Source: Candidatus Velthaea sp. (GTDB lineage: Bacteria; Vulcanimicrobiota; Vulcanimicrobiia; Vulcanimicrobiales; Vulcanimicrobiaceae). Taken from it: a stretch of 64,000 nt of DNA. The translations under genes and the position numbers were made by a program. The DNA is taken from contig CBDCCS010000022.1 in assembly GCA_965214935.1 (NCBI GenBank), forward strand, positions 512,001-576,000, written 5' to 3'. Below are positions 36,206 through 46,772 of the stretch, piece by piece (position 1 is the stretch's first letter; every line of letters starts with the position of its first letter). The notes beneath the pieces are model-generated. The model did no database searches. It was not told the DNA's origin and was given only the letters and a program-made list of their open reading frames with translations.

Positions 36206-37703
36206 GTGTTGCTTCGGTGCGCCGGCCTTCCATCGCTGCGGCCAGCACGTCCGCCGGCGCCGCTCCGCGGCCGAAGGTCCGCCGAATTTCACCTTCGTGC
36301 ATGACGATGAGGCGGTCCGAAAGCGCGAGCACTTCGGGCAACTCCGATGAAATGACCATGATCGCAATACGCTGCTCTTGGGCGAGCCGAACGATGATCG
36401 TGTGGATCTCTTGTTTCGCTGCTACATCGACACCGGCCGTCGGCTCGTCGAGGATGAAGATCTTCGGCTTGGCGGCAAGCCACTTTGCCAGCACGACCTT
36501 TTGCTGGTTCCCGCCCGACAGCGTGGCCGCAGCCGCGCCGATGTTCGCCGGCTTGATCGACAAGTCACGCGCGTAGCCGTTCGCCAAATCGCGTTCGCGA
36601 TCGGTTCGGGTCACCGAACCAAACCGGCTCAGATCGCGCAGCACGACGACGGTTTCGTTGTATGCCACCGGCAACGCGCCGAACAAGCCTTGACCTTTGC
36701 GGTCTTCGGGCAAATAACAAATACCGGCTTCAACGGCCGCGCCGGGCGTGCGCAGCTGAACCGGCCGGCCGGCGAGCAGAATCTCGCCCTGCTGCGCGGG
36801 CTCTTCACCGAAAATCGCGCGCGCGATTTCGCTGCGTCCTGATCCGACGAGACCGAAAAAGCCGACGATTTCACCCGGCCGCAACGCGAAAGAAACGTCG
36901 TGGTAAGCTCCGGCGCGAGTGAGATTCTTCACTTCGAGCATCGGCTCACCCGGCTGGGCAACGGGATGGTCCGCACCGGCGCGCAACGCCTGCCCGGCCA
37001 TGACCTCGATGAGCCCGCTTGTCGTGACGTCGCCGATGCGCCACGTCCCCTTCGTCTCACCATCTTTAAGAATCGTCACCCGGTCGGCGATGGCGAACAC
37101 CTCCTCGAGCCGATGGCTAATGAAAATGATCGCAACGCCGGCCGAGCGCAGCCGGCCGATGATATCGAACAGCCAGCGTGCTTCGCGCTCGGTGAGGATC
37201 GCCGTCGGTTCGTCGAAGACTATGACCTTGGGATCGGTACTGCGTGCCTTCGCAATAAGCGCCAACTGACGGCGCGCGAGGCTTAATTCATCGATCGGCG
37301 CGGTCGCCAGTCCCGGCTCGACACCGAACTCTTCGAGCAGCTCGCGAACTCGCGCGATTTGCGCACGACGGTCGATGTTTCCGAACCGGTTACGTATCTC
37401 GCGACCGAGAAAGATGTTCTCGGTTACCGTCAGCTCGGGATAGACTTGCGGATCTTGATAGACCGTTGCAATGCCGGCGGCTAGCGCTTGCGCCGGTGAG
37501 GCGAAGTTGACCGTTCGCCCGTCGAGGGCGATGGTTCCCCGATCGGGCGCGATTGCGCCCGATAGTATCTTGATCAGCGTGGATTTACCGGCACCGTTTT
37601 GCCCGACGAGCGCAACAACTTCGCCGCCGGTTACCTCGAAATCAACCGCCCGCAACGCAGCGACGCCGGCATACGATTTCGAGATGTCGCGCATCTCAAG
37701 CAT
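36195..37703 (-). CDS. Monosaccharide ABC ATPase, two NBDs (RhaT/RbsA-like)
   Basis: GQNGAGKST, FDEPT, ISHRL, LSGGNQQK and ISSELPE motifs. Confidence 0.95.
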   Translation of the reverse strand: MLEMRDISKSYAGVAALRAVDFEVTGGEVVALVGQNGAGKSTLIKILSGAIAPDRGTIALDGRTVNFASPAQALAAGIATVYQDPQVYPELTVTENIFLGREIRNRFGNIDRRAQIARVRELLEEFGVEPGLATAPIDELSLARRQLALIAKARSTDPKVIVFDEPTAILTEREARWLFDIIGRLRSAGVAIIFISHRLEEVFAIADRVTILKDGETKGTWRIGDVTTSGLIEVMAGQALRAGADHPVAQPGEPMLEVKNLTRAGAYHDVSFALRPGEIVGFFGLVGSGRSEIARAIFGEEPAQQGEILLAGRPVQLRTPGAAVEAGICYLPEDRKGQGLFGALPVAYNETVVVLRDLSRFGSVTRTDRERDLANGYARDLSIKPANIGAAAATLSGGNQQKVVLAKWLAAKPKIFILDEPTAGVDVAAKQEIHTIIVRLAQEQRIAIMVISSELPEVLALSDRLIVMHEGEIRRTFGRGAAPADVLAAAMEGRRTEATRVS

Positions 37704-37739
37704 TGCGGCGCTCCGGCAAGCGCCGGTGCTTAGCCCGCA

Positions 37740-38735
37740 CTAAAAATTAAATTGATCGATGTTTGCTTTAGTGAACGTCGTCGGCGGACCTAACAGGAGC
37801 ATCTTCTTCGCGGCATCGTACTTGATCGTGCCCAGACCCGGGACGTCATTGCTGGCTTTGAAGTCATGGCCACCCGCAAGTTGCAAACCGGCCCAAACCG
37901 TCAGATACCCGAGCTTGACCGGATCCCAAAGAACAAAGCTTTTAGCCGCGCCGCTGGCGACGTACGGCTTCATCCCCGACGGCAGCGCAACACCTGTCAC
38001 GAACACTTTGCCGATTTTGTGGAGTTCCGTTACGGCTTGTGCCGCGCCGGGTCCCGAACTCGTGCACTGTCCGATGATACCGCGTAGATTCGGGTGAGCG
38101 GTGATAAGGTCGCGGCTGTCGGCGACGGATTTTGCCTGATCTTCACCGGAGTACACCACGCCGACGAATTTCATGCCCGGGTATTTTGCCGCGCGCTGCT
38201 TCTCGATTGCAATCCAGCCGTTGAGATTTTGAGCCGCCGGTCCGCACGAATCGATTGCCCATTCGCCGGTCTTCCCCATTTGATCGGCAAGCGCATCAAG
38301 AGTCGCGTTGCCGATCTCTGAATCGAGAGCCTGATTGACGAACACCGCCCGCGAACTCGACGGCGCGTCGGTATCGGAGGTGAAGATCTTAATACCCTGC
38401 GCTTGGGCTTGGGCAAGGGCGGGCGCCACGACTGCCGGATCGTCGGGCGCTACGGCGAGCGCGTCGACGTGCTGGGCGATGAGTTGCTTGACGATTTGCA
38501 CTTGCAAGTTTGCATCGGCGGTAGTCGGACCGTTATAAACGAACTTCGCGCCGAACTTTTTGGCCGCCGCTTCGCCGCCTTGCTGCATTGCATTGAAATA
38601 GCCGATGTTGATTAATTTCGGCACGAAGGCGATGCTCAGCTGCTTATCTTGCGCGGCCGCCGGCCCGATGGAAACAAGCGCGGCCAGCGCTGCAGCGCTC
38701 AAACCGAGCACACGTCGAAACACACGTCCGTTCAA
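37740..38735 (-). CDS. Sugar ABC substrate-binding protein (RhaS/LsrB family)
   Basis: Signal peptide; FVPKL..IGYF, GP..ADA..Q and LWDP..LGY motifs; candidate -10 TATACT at 38827-38832. Confidence 0.88.
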   Translation of the reverse strand: MNGRVFRRVLGLSAAALAALVSIGPAAAQDKQLSIAFVPKLINIGYFNAMQQGGEAAAKKFGAKFVYNGPTTADANLQVQIVKQLIAQHVDALAVAPDDPAVVAPALAQAQAQGIKIFTSDTDAPSSSRAVFVNQALDSEIGNATLDALADQMGKTGEWAIDSCGPAAQNLNGWIAIEKQRAAKYPGMKFVGVVYSGEDQAKSVADSRDLITAHPNLRGIIGQCTSSGPGAAQAVTELHKIGKVFVTGVALPSGMKPYVASGAAKSFVLWDPVKLGYLTVWAGLQLAGGHDFKASNDVPGLGTIKYDAAKKMLLLGPPTTFTKANIDQFNF

Positions 38736-38900
38736 GAAAACTTCCAATCTTGCTGGCCGCACGTACCGGCTCGTTAAGCTCCGCCGGATCATCGTACGGC
38801 CGATGAGCGTTTGTTATTGTGTGTGCAGTATAGACCCGGCCCGCCGTCGGGCGCAAGCCGTTCTGCGCCGAATGATCGAACGCCGTTTTACGACGGAGCG

Positions 38901-39611
38901 TCAGTCATTCAACGGTGTCGCACTGCGTTCGAGATCCGGGTCGTCGGCGGCCTGCGTGCCGTACGTACGCATCTTCTGTTTCACGCGCTCGATTTCGTCG
39001 TCGGGTAATATTTGCGGCTCGCCGATTTGCAGCGCATAGACGTACTGGCGGGCCAGCATTTCGATGTCGAACGTGCGCCGCAACGTTAGCGCGAGCGTCG
39101 GTCCGACGACGATGAGGCCGTGGTTTGCAAGCAGACACGCATCGCGTTCGTGCAGTGCGACAAGCGCGTTTTCGGCCAACTGCCGGCTGCCGTACGTCGC
39201 ATACGGCGCGCAGCGGATCGTCGGACCGCCGGCGATGGCAACGTAATAGTGCAATGCCGGAATATCGCGGCGCATGCAGGCGATGGTCGTCGCGAACATC
39301 GAGTGGGTGTGGATGATCGCGCCGACGTCCGGCCGGGTGCGCATGATCTCGGCGTGAATGCGCCATTCCGTCGTCGGTTTCGCCGGTCCGTAATAGCTTC
39401 CGGCGGGCAGCATGACGGCTATTTCGTCAGCGCTCATCTCGTCATAGGGAATGCCGCTGGGCGTAATGAGAAACGTGCCGTTCATGCGCACGCTGACGTT
39501 ACCGGCGGTGCCCTGATTGATGCCGAGTTCGATCATGCGCAAGCACGTGCGCACGATTTCCTCACGTAGTCCGCGCTCGTCGAAAGCGGGCGGCGCGGGA
39601 GCGTCGGGCAT
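38901..39611 (-). CDS. fucA: Class II aldolase (L-fuculose-1-phosphate aldolase-like)
   Basis: GTAGNVS, ITPSG, PTTEW..H, HTHS and LLANHG motifs. Confidence 0.85.
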   Translation of the reverse strand: MPDAPAPPAFDERGLREEIVRTCLRMIELGINQGTAGNVSVRMNGTFLITPSGIPYDEMSADEIAVMLPAGSYYGPAKPTTEWRIHAEIMRTRPDVGAIIHTHSMFATTIACMRRDIPALHYYVAIAGGPTIRCAPYATYGSRQLAENALVALHERDACLLANHGLIVVGPTLALTLRRTFDIEMLARQYVYALQIGEPQILPDDEIERVKQKMRTYGTQAADDPDLERSATPLND

Positions 39612-39668
39612 CGCGGCGTGTTCGCTGGGCCATTTCCCGGCGCCTCGTCGCTTCGCTTGCAGTCCGAA

Positions 39669-39698
39669 TTGACACAGCCGCTCGGGTGTGTTTAGAGT
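39669..39698 (+). promoter_or_regulatory. Sigma70-like promoter TTGACA-N18-TAGAGT, probably giving a leaderless mRNA at ATG 39704
   Basis: The -10 ends 5 nt before the ATG, leaving no room for an SD sequence. Confidence 0.55.
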
Positions 39699-39703
39699 GG
39701 AAC

Positions 39704-41791
39704 ATGACGCTGGGCGTGTCGATTTCCAATTCCGTTCTCACGCGATTGACCGCGCGATCGCGCGGGCTCGGCGCCGACCGAACGATCTGTAACTGGGGCG
39801 GCGGAAACACCTCGGTGAAAACGACGGAAGCCGATCATATCGGACGTCCGACGCGCGTGCTGTGGGTGAAGGGTTCGGGTTCGGATCTTGCAACCGTCAC
39901 GCCGGCTTCCTTCACCGGTCTCAAGCTCGACGAAGTGCTGGTGCTGCGCGACCGCGCGCGGGTCGCCGATACCGAGATGGTCGCACATCTGCGCCGCTGT
40001 ATGACCGATCCCGATCGCCCGCGAGCCTCGATCGAAACGCTCTTTCACGCGTTCGTTCCGGCGAATGCGATCGATCATACGCATGCCGATGCAACGAATT
40101 ATTTTGCCTGCGCGCGAGACGGTGAACGCTTCGCACGCGAGATTTTCGGCGAAGAACTCGTTTGGATTTCCTACCAGCGGCCGGGCTTTCGGCTAAGCCG
40201 CCGCATCGCCGAGGCCGTCGCTGCAAACCCGCCGGCCAAGCTCGTGATCTTGCAAAAGCACGGCTCGATAAGCTGGGGCGACGACGACGACGCTTGCACG
40301 GCGAACACGCTGTCGCTGCTCGGCCGCGCGAAAGCGTTCGTCGACGCGCGCATGGCGGCGACTCCGGCATTCGGCGGCGAACGCTGCGCCGCGCTGCCGA
40401 TCGAGCAACGGCACGCCGCCGCCGCCGACATCATGCCGCTATTGCGCGGCGCCGTTTCGTCCGTCAAAGCTTGCGTTTTGCGCTACGAAGATGCGCCCGA
40501 CGTACTCGAATTCGTCAACTCCGTCGATGCGCCGCGCTTAGCCGCCATCGGGGCGGCATGCCCCGATCATCTCGTGCACACGAAGGTCCGGCCGATGTTC
40601 GTCGACTGGACGCCCGGTGCGAGCAGCGAAGATTTGCGCGCGGCGATCGCAGCGGCGGTCCCGGCGTACGAACGCGCCTACCGCGACTATTTGGCTGCGA
40701 ATGCCGAGCAAAATCTCGACCCCGATGGCGACACGCCGGTCGTTCGGTCGCCGGCCGCCGACATCAATCCGGCGCCGCGCGTTATTCTCATCCCGGGGAT
40801 CGGGATGTTTACGACCGGCAAAGATGCGCAAAACGCTCAAATTTCGGCCGAGCTCTACCATCGCGCGATCGCCGTCATCCGCGGCGCTGAAGTACTCGGC
40901 GGCTTCGTCTCGCTAACCGATGAGGAAAGTCACGCCGTCGAATATTGGCCGCTCGAGCAATACAAATTGAGCCTCATGCCGCCGGAGCGCGACTTCGCGC
41001 GCCGCGTGTGCCTGGTAACCGGAGCCGCCGGCGGGATCGGTTCGGCGATCTGCCGCCGGCTCGCCGCCGACGGCGCCCATATCGTCGCAACCGATATCGA
41101 CGGCCCGGGCGCGCGTGCGCTGGCCGATGAGATTTGCACGCAATACGGTCCGCACCGGGCAGTCGACGTGCCGATGGACGTCACCGATGAGGACAGCGTG
41201 CGCAATGCTTTCCGCCAAGCTGCGCTGGCGTACGGCGGCATCGACATCGTGGTGAGCAACGCCGGCATCAGCTCGAGTTCGCCGATCGGTCAAACGTCGC
41301 TGCGCGATTGGCAGCGCAATAGCGACATTCTGGGGACCGGTTACTTTTTGGTAGCGCGCGAGGCGTTCCGTCAGCTGACCGATCAAGGCCGCGGCGGGAC
41401 GATCGTTTTCATTGCATCGAAAAACGGACTTGTCGCGGGAAAAAACGCCGCGGCGTATTCTGCGGCGAAAGCCGCCGAATTGCATCTTGCACGCTGTCTA
41501 GCCGAAGAGGGCGGCGCGTTGAACATTCGCGTCAACACCGTTAATCCTGATGCCGTCCTCGAGGGTTCGCGCATCTGGAACGGCCGGTGGCGCGACGAAC
41601 GTGCCGCGACGTACGGCATTGCGCCCGAAGCGCTCGAAGAACATTACCGCAAACGAACGGTTCTGGGCGTCAACGTCGTACCGGCCGACGTTGCGGAAGC
41701 CGTCGCATTTTTCGCTTCGTCCCGCGCAGCGAAGAGTACGGGCAACATTCTAAACGTCGACGGCGGAGTCACCGCGGCTTACACGCGTTGA
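39704..41791 (+). CDS. Bifunctional rhamnulose-1-phosphate aldolase/short-chain dehydrogenase (RhaEW type)
   Basis: GGGNTSVK, WVKGSGSDL, HTH.D, CPDH...TK, EYWPLE..KL, TG..GGIG and YSAAK motifs. Confidence 0.92.
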   Translation: MTLGVSISNSVLTRLTARSRGLGADRTICNWGGGNTSVKTTEADHIGRPTRVLWVKGSGSDLATVTPASFTGLKLDEVLVLRDRARVADTEMVAHLRRCMTDPDRPRASIETLFHAFVPANAIDHTHADATNYFACARDGERFAREIFGEELVWISYQRPGFRLSRRIAEAVAANPPAKLVILQKHGSISWGDDDDACTANTLSLLGRAKAFVDARMAATPAFGGERCAALPIEQRHAAAADIMPLLRGAVSSVKACVLRYEDAPDVLEFVNSVDAPRLAAIGAACPDHLVHTKVRPMFVDWTPGASSEDLRAAIAAAVPAYERAYRDYLAANAEQNLDPDGDTPVVRSPAADINPAPRVILIPGIGMFTTGKDAQNAQISAELYHRAIAVIRGAEVLGGFVSLTDEESHAVEYWPLEQYKLSLMPPERDFARRVCLVTGAAGGIGSAICRRLAADGAHIVATDIDGPGARALADEICTQYGPHRAVDVPMDVTDEDSVRNAFRQAALAYGGIDIVVSNAGISSSSPIGQTSLRDWQRNSDILGTGYFLVAREAFRQLTDQGRGGTIVFIASKNGLVAGKNAAAYSAAKAAELHLARCLAEEGGALNIRVNTVNPDAVLEGSRIWNGRWRDERAATYGIAPEALEEHYRKRTVLGVNVVPADVAEAVAFFASSRAAKSTGNILNVDGGVTAAYTR

Positions 41792-41801
41792 TGCAAGCGC
41801 C

Positions 41802-43313
41802 GTGAAGCGCCACTATGTCGCAGTCGATCTCGGCGCCGAGACGGGACGCGTCGTGATCGGCGGCGTCGGCGACGACGGCATCGGCTTAACCGAAGTGCAT
41901 CGCTTCGCCAATACGCCGGTGCGGACGCCGGACGGACTGCATTGGAACGTGCTCGGACTTTACGACGAGGTCGTTCGCGGCCTGGAGCGCGCCGTCGCGA
42001 CCGCCGACACCGAGATTGCGTCGATCGGCGTCGATTCGTGGGGTGTCGACTACGGCTTATTCGATGCGGCCGGCCGCATGTTCGGCAATCCGTATCATTA
42101 CCGCGATGCGCGAACCGACGGTACGCGAGCCGCTTATGCCGCGCTCGTCTCACCCGCCCAGCAATACGCGCGCACCGGGATCGCGCAAATGTCGATCAAC
42201 ACGCTGTACCAACTCGTCGTGCAGATGCAGACCGGCGGTCTGCCCGCAGATACCGCTGCGTTTCTCATGATTCCGGACATCATGCACTATTGGCTGACGG
42301 GCATTCGGACGACGGAATCGAGTAACGCGAGTACGACCGGCTTGCTCGCAATCGACGGCACGTGGGCCGACGACTTACTCGCCGCCGCAGGTTTACCGCG
42401 CGCGATCTTCAGCGCGCCGGCCGAACCGGCAACGCGCTTAGGGCCGTTGCGTCAGACGCTCGACGGTTCGCGCCTTCGCGCTCTTCAGGTGGTCGTTCCG
42501 GCAACCCACGATACCGCATGTGCGGTGATTGCCGCACCATTGCACGTCGCGCCGGCCGGTTGCGTGTGTGCCTTCATTTCGTCGGGGACCTGGTCGCTGC
42601 TCGGTTTGGAACTGAGCGCACCGATTGTTGCCGAAGCGGCGCGACTGGCCGGCTTTACCAACGAACGCGGCGTTGCCGGCAGCACGCGCTTCCTGCGCAA
42701 CATCATGGGATTGTGGCTCGTTCAAGAATGCCGCCGTTCGTGGCGCCGCGACGGGACGGAGTACAGCTACGACGACCTTACCACGCGCGCGGCCCGCATG
42801 GCGTCGCCCGACCTCATCGTCGACGTCGATGACCCCGCACTGCTGCATCCGGACGATATGCCGGCGGCGATCCGCGCGCAGTTTGCCGAGTGTGCATCGG
42901 GTGCCGGCAGCGATCCGGTCGTGCTGATTCGCGCGATCTTCGAGGGGCTGGCGTCGGCATACCGCCGCTCGATCGCCGACCTCGAACGGCTGACGGGACA
43001 GCGCGTCGGCGCGATTGCCGTCGTCGGAGGCGGTGCGCGCAATGCGCTGCTCTGCCAGCTTACCGCCGACGCGTGTCAATGCGTCGTCTATGCCGGACCG
43101 GCCGAAGCCAGCGCCACCGGCAACATCCTCGTTCAAGCCGTCGCCGATCGCGCACTCTCCAACCTGCGCCAGATCCGCGACTTCATCAAAACGACGAGCC
43201 GGCCGGATATCTTCGAGCCGCGCGCCGGCGGCGGTATCGATTGGGCGGAGCGCGACGCGCGTCTGACCGACCGGCGCGTGACGCAGACGTACGCTGCGGT
43301 ACGCGAACGCTAA
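41802..43313 (+). CDS. rhaB: Rhamnulokinase (FGGY family)
   Basis: AVDLGA..GR, EVHRF.N, DSWGVDY, HDTA.A, ISSGTWSL.G, FTNE.G and NIMGLW..QEC motifs. Confidence 0.9.
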   Translation: MKRHYVAVDLGAETGRVVIGGVGDDGIGLTEVHRFANTPVRTPDGLHWNVLGLYDEVVRGLERAVATADTEIASIGVDSWGVDYGLFDAAGRMFGNPYHYRDARTDGTRAAYAALVSPAQQYARTGIAQMSINTLYQLVVQMQTGGLPADTAAFLMIPDIMHYWLTGIRTTESSNASTTGLLAIDGTWADDLLAAAGLPRAIFSAPAEPATRLGPLRQTLDGSRLRALQVVVPATHDTACAVIAAPLHVAPAGCVCAFISSGTWSLLGLELSAPIVAEAARLAGFTNERGVAGSTRFLRNIMGLWLVQECRRSWRRDGTEYSYDDLTTRAARMASPDLIVDVDDPALLHPDDMPAAIRAQFAECASGAGSDPVVLIRAIFEGLASAYRRSIADLERLTGQRVGAIAVVGGGARNALLCQLTADACQCVVYAGPAEASATGNILVQAVADRALSNLRQIRDFIKTTSRPDIFEPRAGGGIDWAERDARLTDRRVTQTYAAVRER

Positions 43314-43352
43314 GCGCTCGCGTCGATAGCATCGATCTCGAAAGGATCTTGC

Positions 43353-44111
43353 ATGTTCGATCTTCGTGGACGTACCGCACTCTTGACCGGCGGAGGGCGC
43401 GGCTTAGGCCTCGCGATGGCACGCGCGCTGGGCGAGCACGGGGCGCGGCTCATGCTCATGGATCGCGAAGAAGCGACGCTGGACGCTGCCGCCGGCGAAC
43501 TAACCGCTGCGGGGTTCGAGGTTCGCAGTTGCACCGGCGACGTGACGGTTCCGGCCGATACGGTTCGGGCGGTCGATGCAATGCGCGCCGCGTGGGGCCG
43601 GGTGGACATCGGCATCTGCAACGCCGGAATTTCCGGTAACGAAGCAGCCGAAGACGTTACGCTCGAACGCTGGAACGCAATAATGGGCGTTAATTTAACC
43701 GGAGTATTCTTTACCGCGCAAGCATGCGCGCGCGCGATGATCGAACAGCGCAGCGGCTCGATCGTCGCCATCGCGTCGATGTCGGGCTTCATCGTCAACG
43801 TGCCGCAGGAACAATCCGTGTATAACATCTCCAAAGCCGGAGTGATCATGGCCACCAAGAGTCTCGCCTCGGAGTGGGCGGAATACGGCATTCGCGTCAA
43901 TGCCATCGCGCCCGGTTACATGCGGACGGCAATGACGGCCGCGTCGCTGGCGGACCCCGAGCGCGGCGGCGCTTGGCTGGCCGCAACGCCGATGAACCGG
44001 CCGGGTGAACCGCACGAACTCGGCGGCGCGGTGGTGTACCTGGCTTCCGATGCGTCGAGCTTCGTTACCGGCCACACGCTTGTCGTTGACGGCGGTTATA
44101 CGGTGCGCTAA
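43353..44111 (+). CDS. Short-chain dehydrogenase (polyol/ketose reductase-like)
   Basis: TGGGRGLG, ASMSG.IVN.PQ.Q..YN.SK motifs. Confidence 0.9.
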   Translation: MFDLRGRTALLTGGGRGLGLAMARALGEHGARLMLMDREEATLDAAAGELTAAGFEVRSCTGDVTVPADTVRAVDAMRAAWGRVDIGICNAGISGNEAAEDVTLERWNAIMGVNLTGVFFTAQACARAMIEQRSGSIVAIASMSGFIVNVPQEQSVYNISKAGVIMATKSLASEWAEYGIRVNAIAPGYMRTAMTAASLADPERGGAWLAATPMNRPGEPHELGGAVVYLASDASSFVTGHTLVVDGGYTVR

Positions 44112-44235
44112 CTATTCGCAACGGCGGCGCTCACCGAGGCGTCGTTAAGCACGCGCGTTGTTCCCGAACGGCCCTATTACCGGCGGCATTAATTGTTTAA
44201 TCTGTTTTTTTAACCGAGCACGCGGACATCGTTAG

Positions 44236-45279
44236 ATGGGCCGCAATGCACGACTTACAAAGCTAGCCGCGACGGTGGATGGATTGGATGCACGCGTTGG
44301 TTTAGAAGACGATGCTTCGCGCGTTACAGAATCATTTGTGCCAGTGCAGTCTCACGCGCAAGAAATCGCCGCGATCGTCGCCTGCGTGCCGGCGGATTGC
44401 CGAGAGTCCGCCGCTTGGGCCGTTCCGCTGTTGGTTGCAACGGCGCGCTCCGGCGGCATCACGCATCCGCGCCGAATTGCCTATCTTCTCGCAACGGCCG
44501 AACAGGGTTCGGGTTTCGGCGCTCGGATGGTGCAAACATCCGCAGTAGACGCGCAATTAGCCGAAGACCAACGCTTCTGCGGCCGCGGGTTCGTGTATGT
44601 GAGCGGGCGCGCGCAGTATGCCGCGTGGTCGCAGCGGTTGGGTTTGCCCGACTGCATCGTGGATGACACGCGACTTCCGAATCTGGTCGCCGATCCCGAC
44701 GCGATGGCGCGGCCATCGATCGCCGCGCGCACGCTCGTTCGCGGTATGCGCGACGGCCTTTTCACCGGTGCCGCCTTGGGCTATTACGTCAATGCGAAGA
44801 AAACCGATTATTACAATGCTCGGCGCGTCATTGACGGAACGTCGCACGCCCGAGAAGTCGCCGCGTCCGCCGTGCTCTATCAAACGGCGATCGAACGGAT
44901 CGCCGCCGACCGGCACCGCGAGTTCTTAGCTGAAGTCACCGGGCGGCGGGCCGTGAGCGCCACCCGCGACATTCTCAACGATGTCCGCGAGGCCGTCGAG
45001 CGGCTCGCCTTGCGCGGTGAGATGCTCGCACGACCGCTCGAAGTTTTGAAGTGGACGGGCGAAGCACGCCAAGGTAAATTCGTTCAACTCGACGAGCAGA
45101 CGTGCGCGCTGCATATGGGCCGCGGCGTGTATGTCGAGTTGGATATCGCACGCGATCTGCACGGCGTCGTTCCGCCCGAAGGCCAGAATATGGCGCTCAA
45201 GCGGTCGGGCATCATTCGGCCGACGTTGGGCAGCGGGCGCAGCGACTACCCGTCGCACCGCATCGTTTACGATCCGTAA
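44236..45279 (+). CDS. Degenerate GH19/lysozyme-like domain fused to an unknown (KfrB-like) C-terminal domain
   Basis: IAYLLATA, GRGFV..SGR..Y, LVRGMRDGLFTG and DYYNARRVI motifs. Confidence 0.6.
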   Translation: MGRNARLTKLAATVDGLDARVGLEDDASRVTESFVPVQSHAQEIAAIVACVPADCRESAAWAVPLLVATARSGGITHPRRIAYLLATAEQGSGFGARMVQTSAVDAQLAEDQRFCGRGFVYVSGRAQYAAWSQRLGLPDCIVDDTRLPNLVADPDAMARPSIAARTLVRGMRDGLFTGAALGYYVNAKKTDYYNARRVIDGTSHAREVAASAVLYQTAIERIAADRHREFLAEVTGRRAVSATRDILNDVREAVERLALRGEMLARPLEVLKWTGEARQGKFVQLDEQTCALHMGRGVYVELDIARDLHGVVPPEGQNMALKRSGIIRPTLGSGRSDYPSHRIVYDP

Positions 45280-46772
45280 ACGCACGTCCCGTCCGACCAG
45301 GTTTGCAGAACGCGCAAACCGCCGAATGATGCGCGGGCGAACGGATCGCCGTCGAGCAGAATGAAATCGGCGGCTTGTCCGAGCGCGAGCGCACCGGTTT
45401 GCCTTTCGGCATGACCGAAGCGCGCCGCCGCGTAGGTGTACATGGTCAGCGCTTCGCCGGTGTCGAGGCGTTCGGCCGGAGTGTGATGATTGAGCGCGGC
45501 GTGCAAACCGGCTAGCGGCGAGAGCGCGCAAACCGGACTATCATCGCCGCCGGCCACGATCGCGCCGGCGGTCAGAGCGGTTTTGAGCCGGTTCATCCCC
45601 CGCGAACGTTCGATACCTAAGCGACGTTCGTACATGCCGCCCGGCCCGCCCCAGGCCGCATCGAACTGCGGCTGCATCGAGAGAAAAATGCCCAGCCGCG
45701 CGCAGCGTTCGATCTGATCGATCCGAGCCAACTCGAAGTGCTCGATGAAATGACGGCCGGTCGGACTCGGCCGGCCGTCCAACACGCGCTCCCACATCGC
45801 CAGACACTGTTCGATCGCCCGATCGCCGATCGCGTGCACGCCGGCCGATACTCCGAGCCGTTCGGCCGCCACGAAATACCGTTCGACGTCGGCATCGGAA
45901 TGCATGAGCACGCCCGAGCTTGCGACATGGCAATACGGCGCGCTAAGAGCAGCCGTAGCACTGCCGATCGACCCGTCGAGAAACACGTCGCCGCCGACGT
46001 ACGGCAGGCCTAAGTCGGCAGCGATGTGCGGCGCGAGCGCGCAAACTTTCGGATGCCACTTCGCGGCGCCGGCCGCCGGCAGGGTCGCGATTTCGGCCCG
46101 ATACGCGGCGGTATCGCCGAGGCCCACAAGCTGGACGTGCAGATGCAACGCGCCCTGCGACAGCGCCAGCGTGGCCGCCCGCCGGTCGGCGGCGCGCTTT
46201 TCGCCTACCGGCAGCCCGCCGATGACGGCGACTTGCGCGCGCCAATTGGCTTCGAGAAAGAGCCGGCCCGTCGGTTCACCCGCGGCGTCACGCTCGATGC
46301 CCGTCAACGCCGGATCGAGATCGGCGTAGGCAAGCGCCGCCCGGCTCAGCAGCGCGCTATGTCCGTCGACCCGGACGAGCATCGCAATCCGATCGCCGTG
46401 GGTCGCATCGAGGACTGCCGGATCGGCAGTGCGGCCGTCGTCCCACAGCGCATCGTCATAGTTGCCCGCAATGACGAACGCCGTACGTGGTAACGCGGCG
46501 ACGCGGGCGGCGAACGTTGCCGCGTCACGCACTGCGGAGAAGTCGCGATCGCCGGCTTTGAGGCCGGTATCGGTAAGGTGGACGTGACAATCGGCAAACG
46601 CCGGGACGATCGTCGCGCCGTCGAGCGCAATCCGCTCGACTCCGGCACCGATTGCAGCGGCGCTTAGCCCGGCGACCGTGGTGCCGTCGACGACGAGTGC
46701 GTCGTGCCGTGCCCATTGCCTGCGTCCCGGTTCGTACGCATAAACGGCACCGCCGGTAAACGCTCGCAGCAT
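45267..46772 (-). CDS. Amidohydrolase 3 (YtcJ-like)
   Basis: FADCHVH, FLDGSIGS.TAA, HAIGDRA, IEH and SMQP motifs. Confidence 0.88.
   Translation of the reverse strand: MLRAFTGGAVYAYEPGRRQWARHDALVVDGTTVAGLSAAAIGAGVERIALDGATIVPAFADCHVHLTDTGLKAGDRDFSAVRDAATFAARVAALPRTAFVIAGNYDDALWDDGRTADPAVLDATHGDRIAMLVRVDGHSALLSRAALAYADLDPALTGIERDAAGEPTGRLFLEANWRAQVAVIGGLPVGEKRAADRRAATLALSQGALHLHVQLVGLGDTAAYRAEIATLPAAGAAKWHPKVCALAPHIAADLGLPYVGGDVFLDGSIGSATAALSAPYCHVASSGVLMHSDADVERYFVAAERLGVSAGVHAIGDRAIEQCLAMWERVLDGRPSPTGRHFIEHFELARIDQIERCARLGIFLSMQPQFDAAWGGPGGMYERRLGIERSRGMNRLKTALTAGAIVAGGDDSPVCALSPLAGLHAALNHHTPAERLDTGEALTMYTYAAARFGHAERQTGALALGQAADFILLDGDPFARASFGGLRVLQTWSDGTCVYGS

Noticed and set aside
37740..38735. 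LsrB/AI-2 quorum-sensing uptake system
   Set aside because: The LsrB DQ motif is not kept, no lsrK/F/G/R is present, and the neighbours are rhamnulose catabolic genes.
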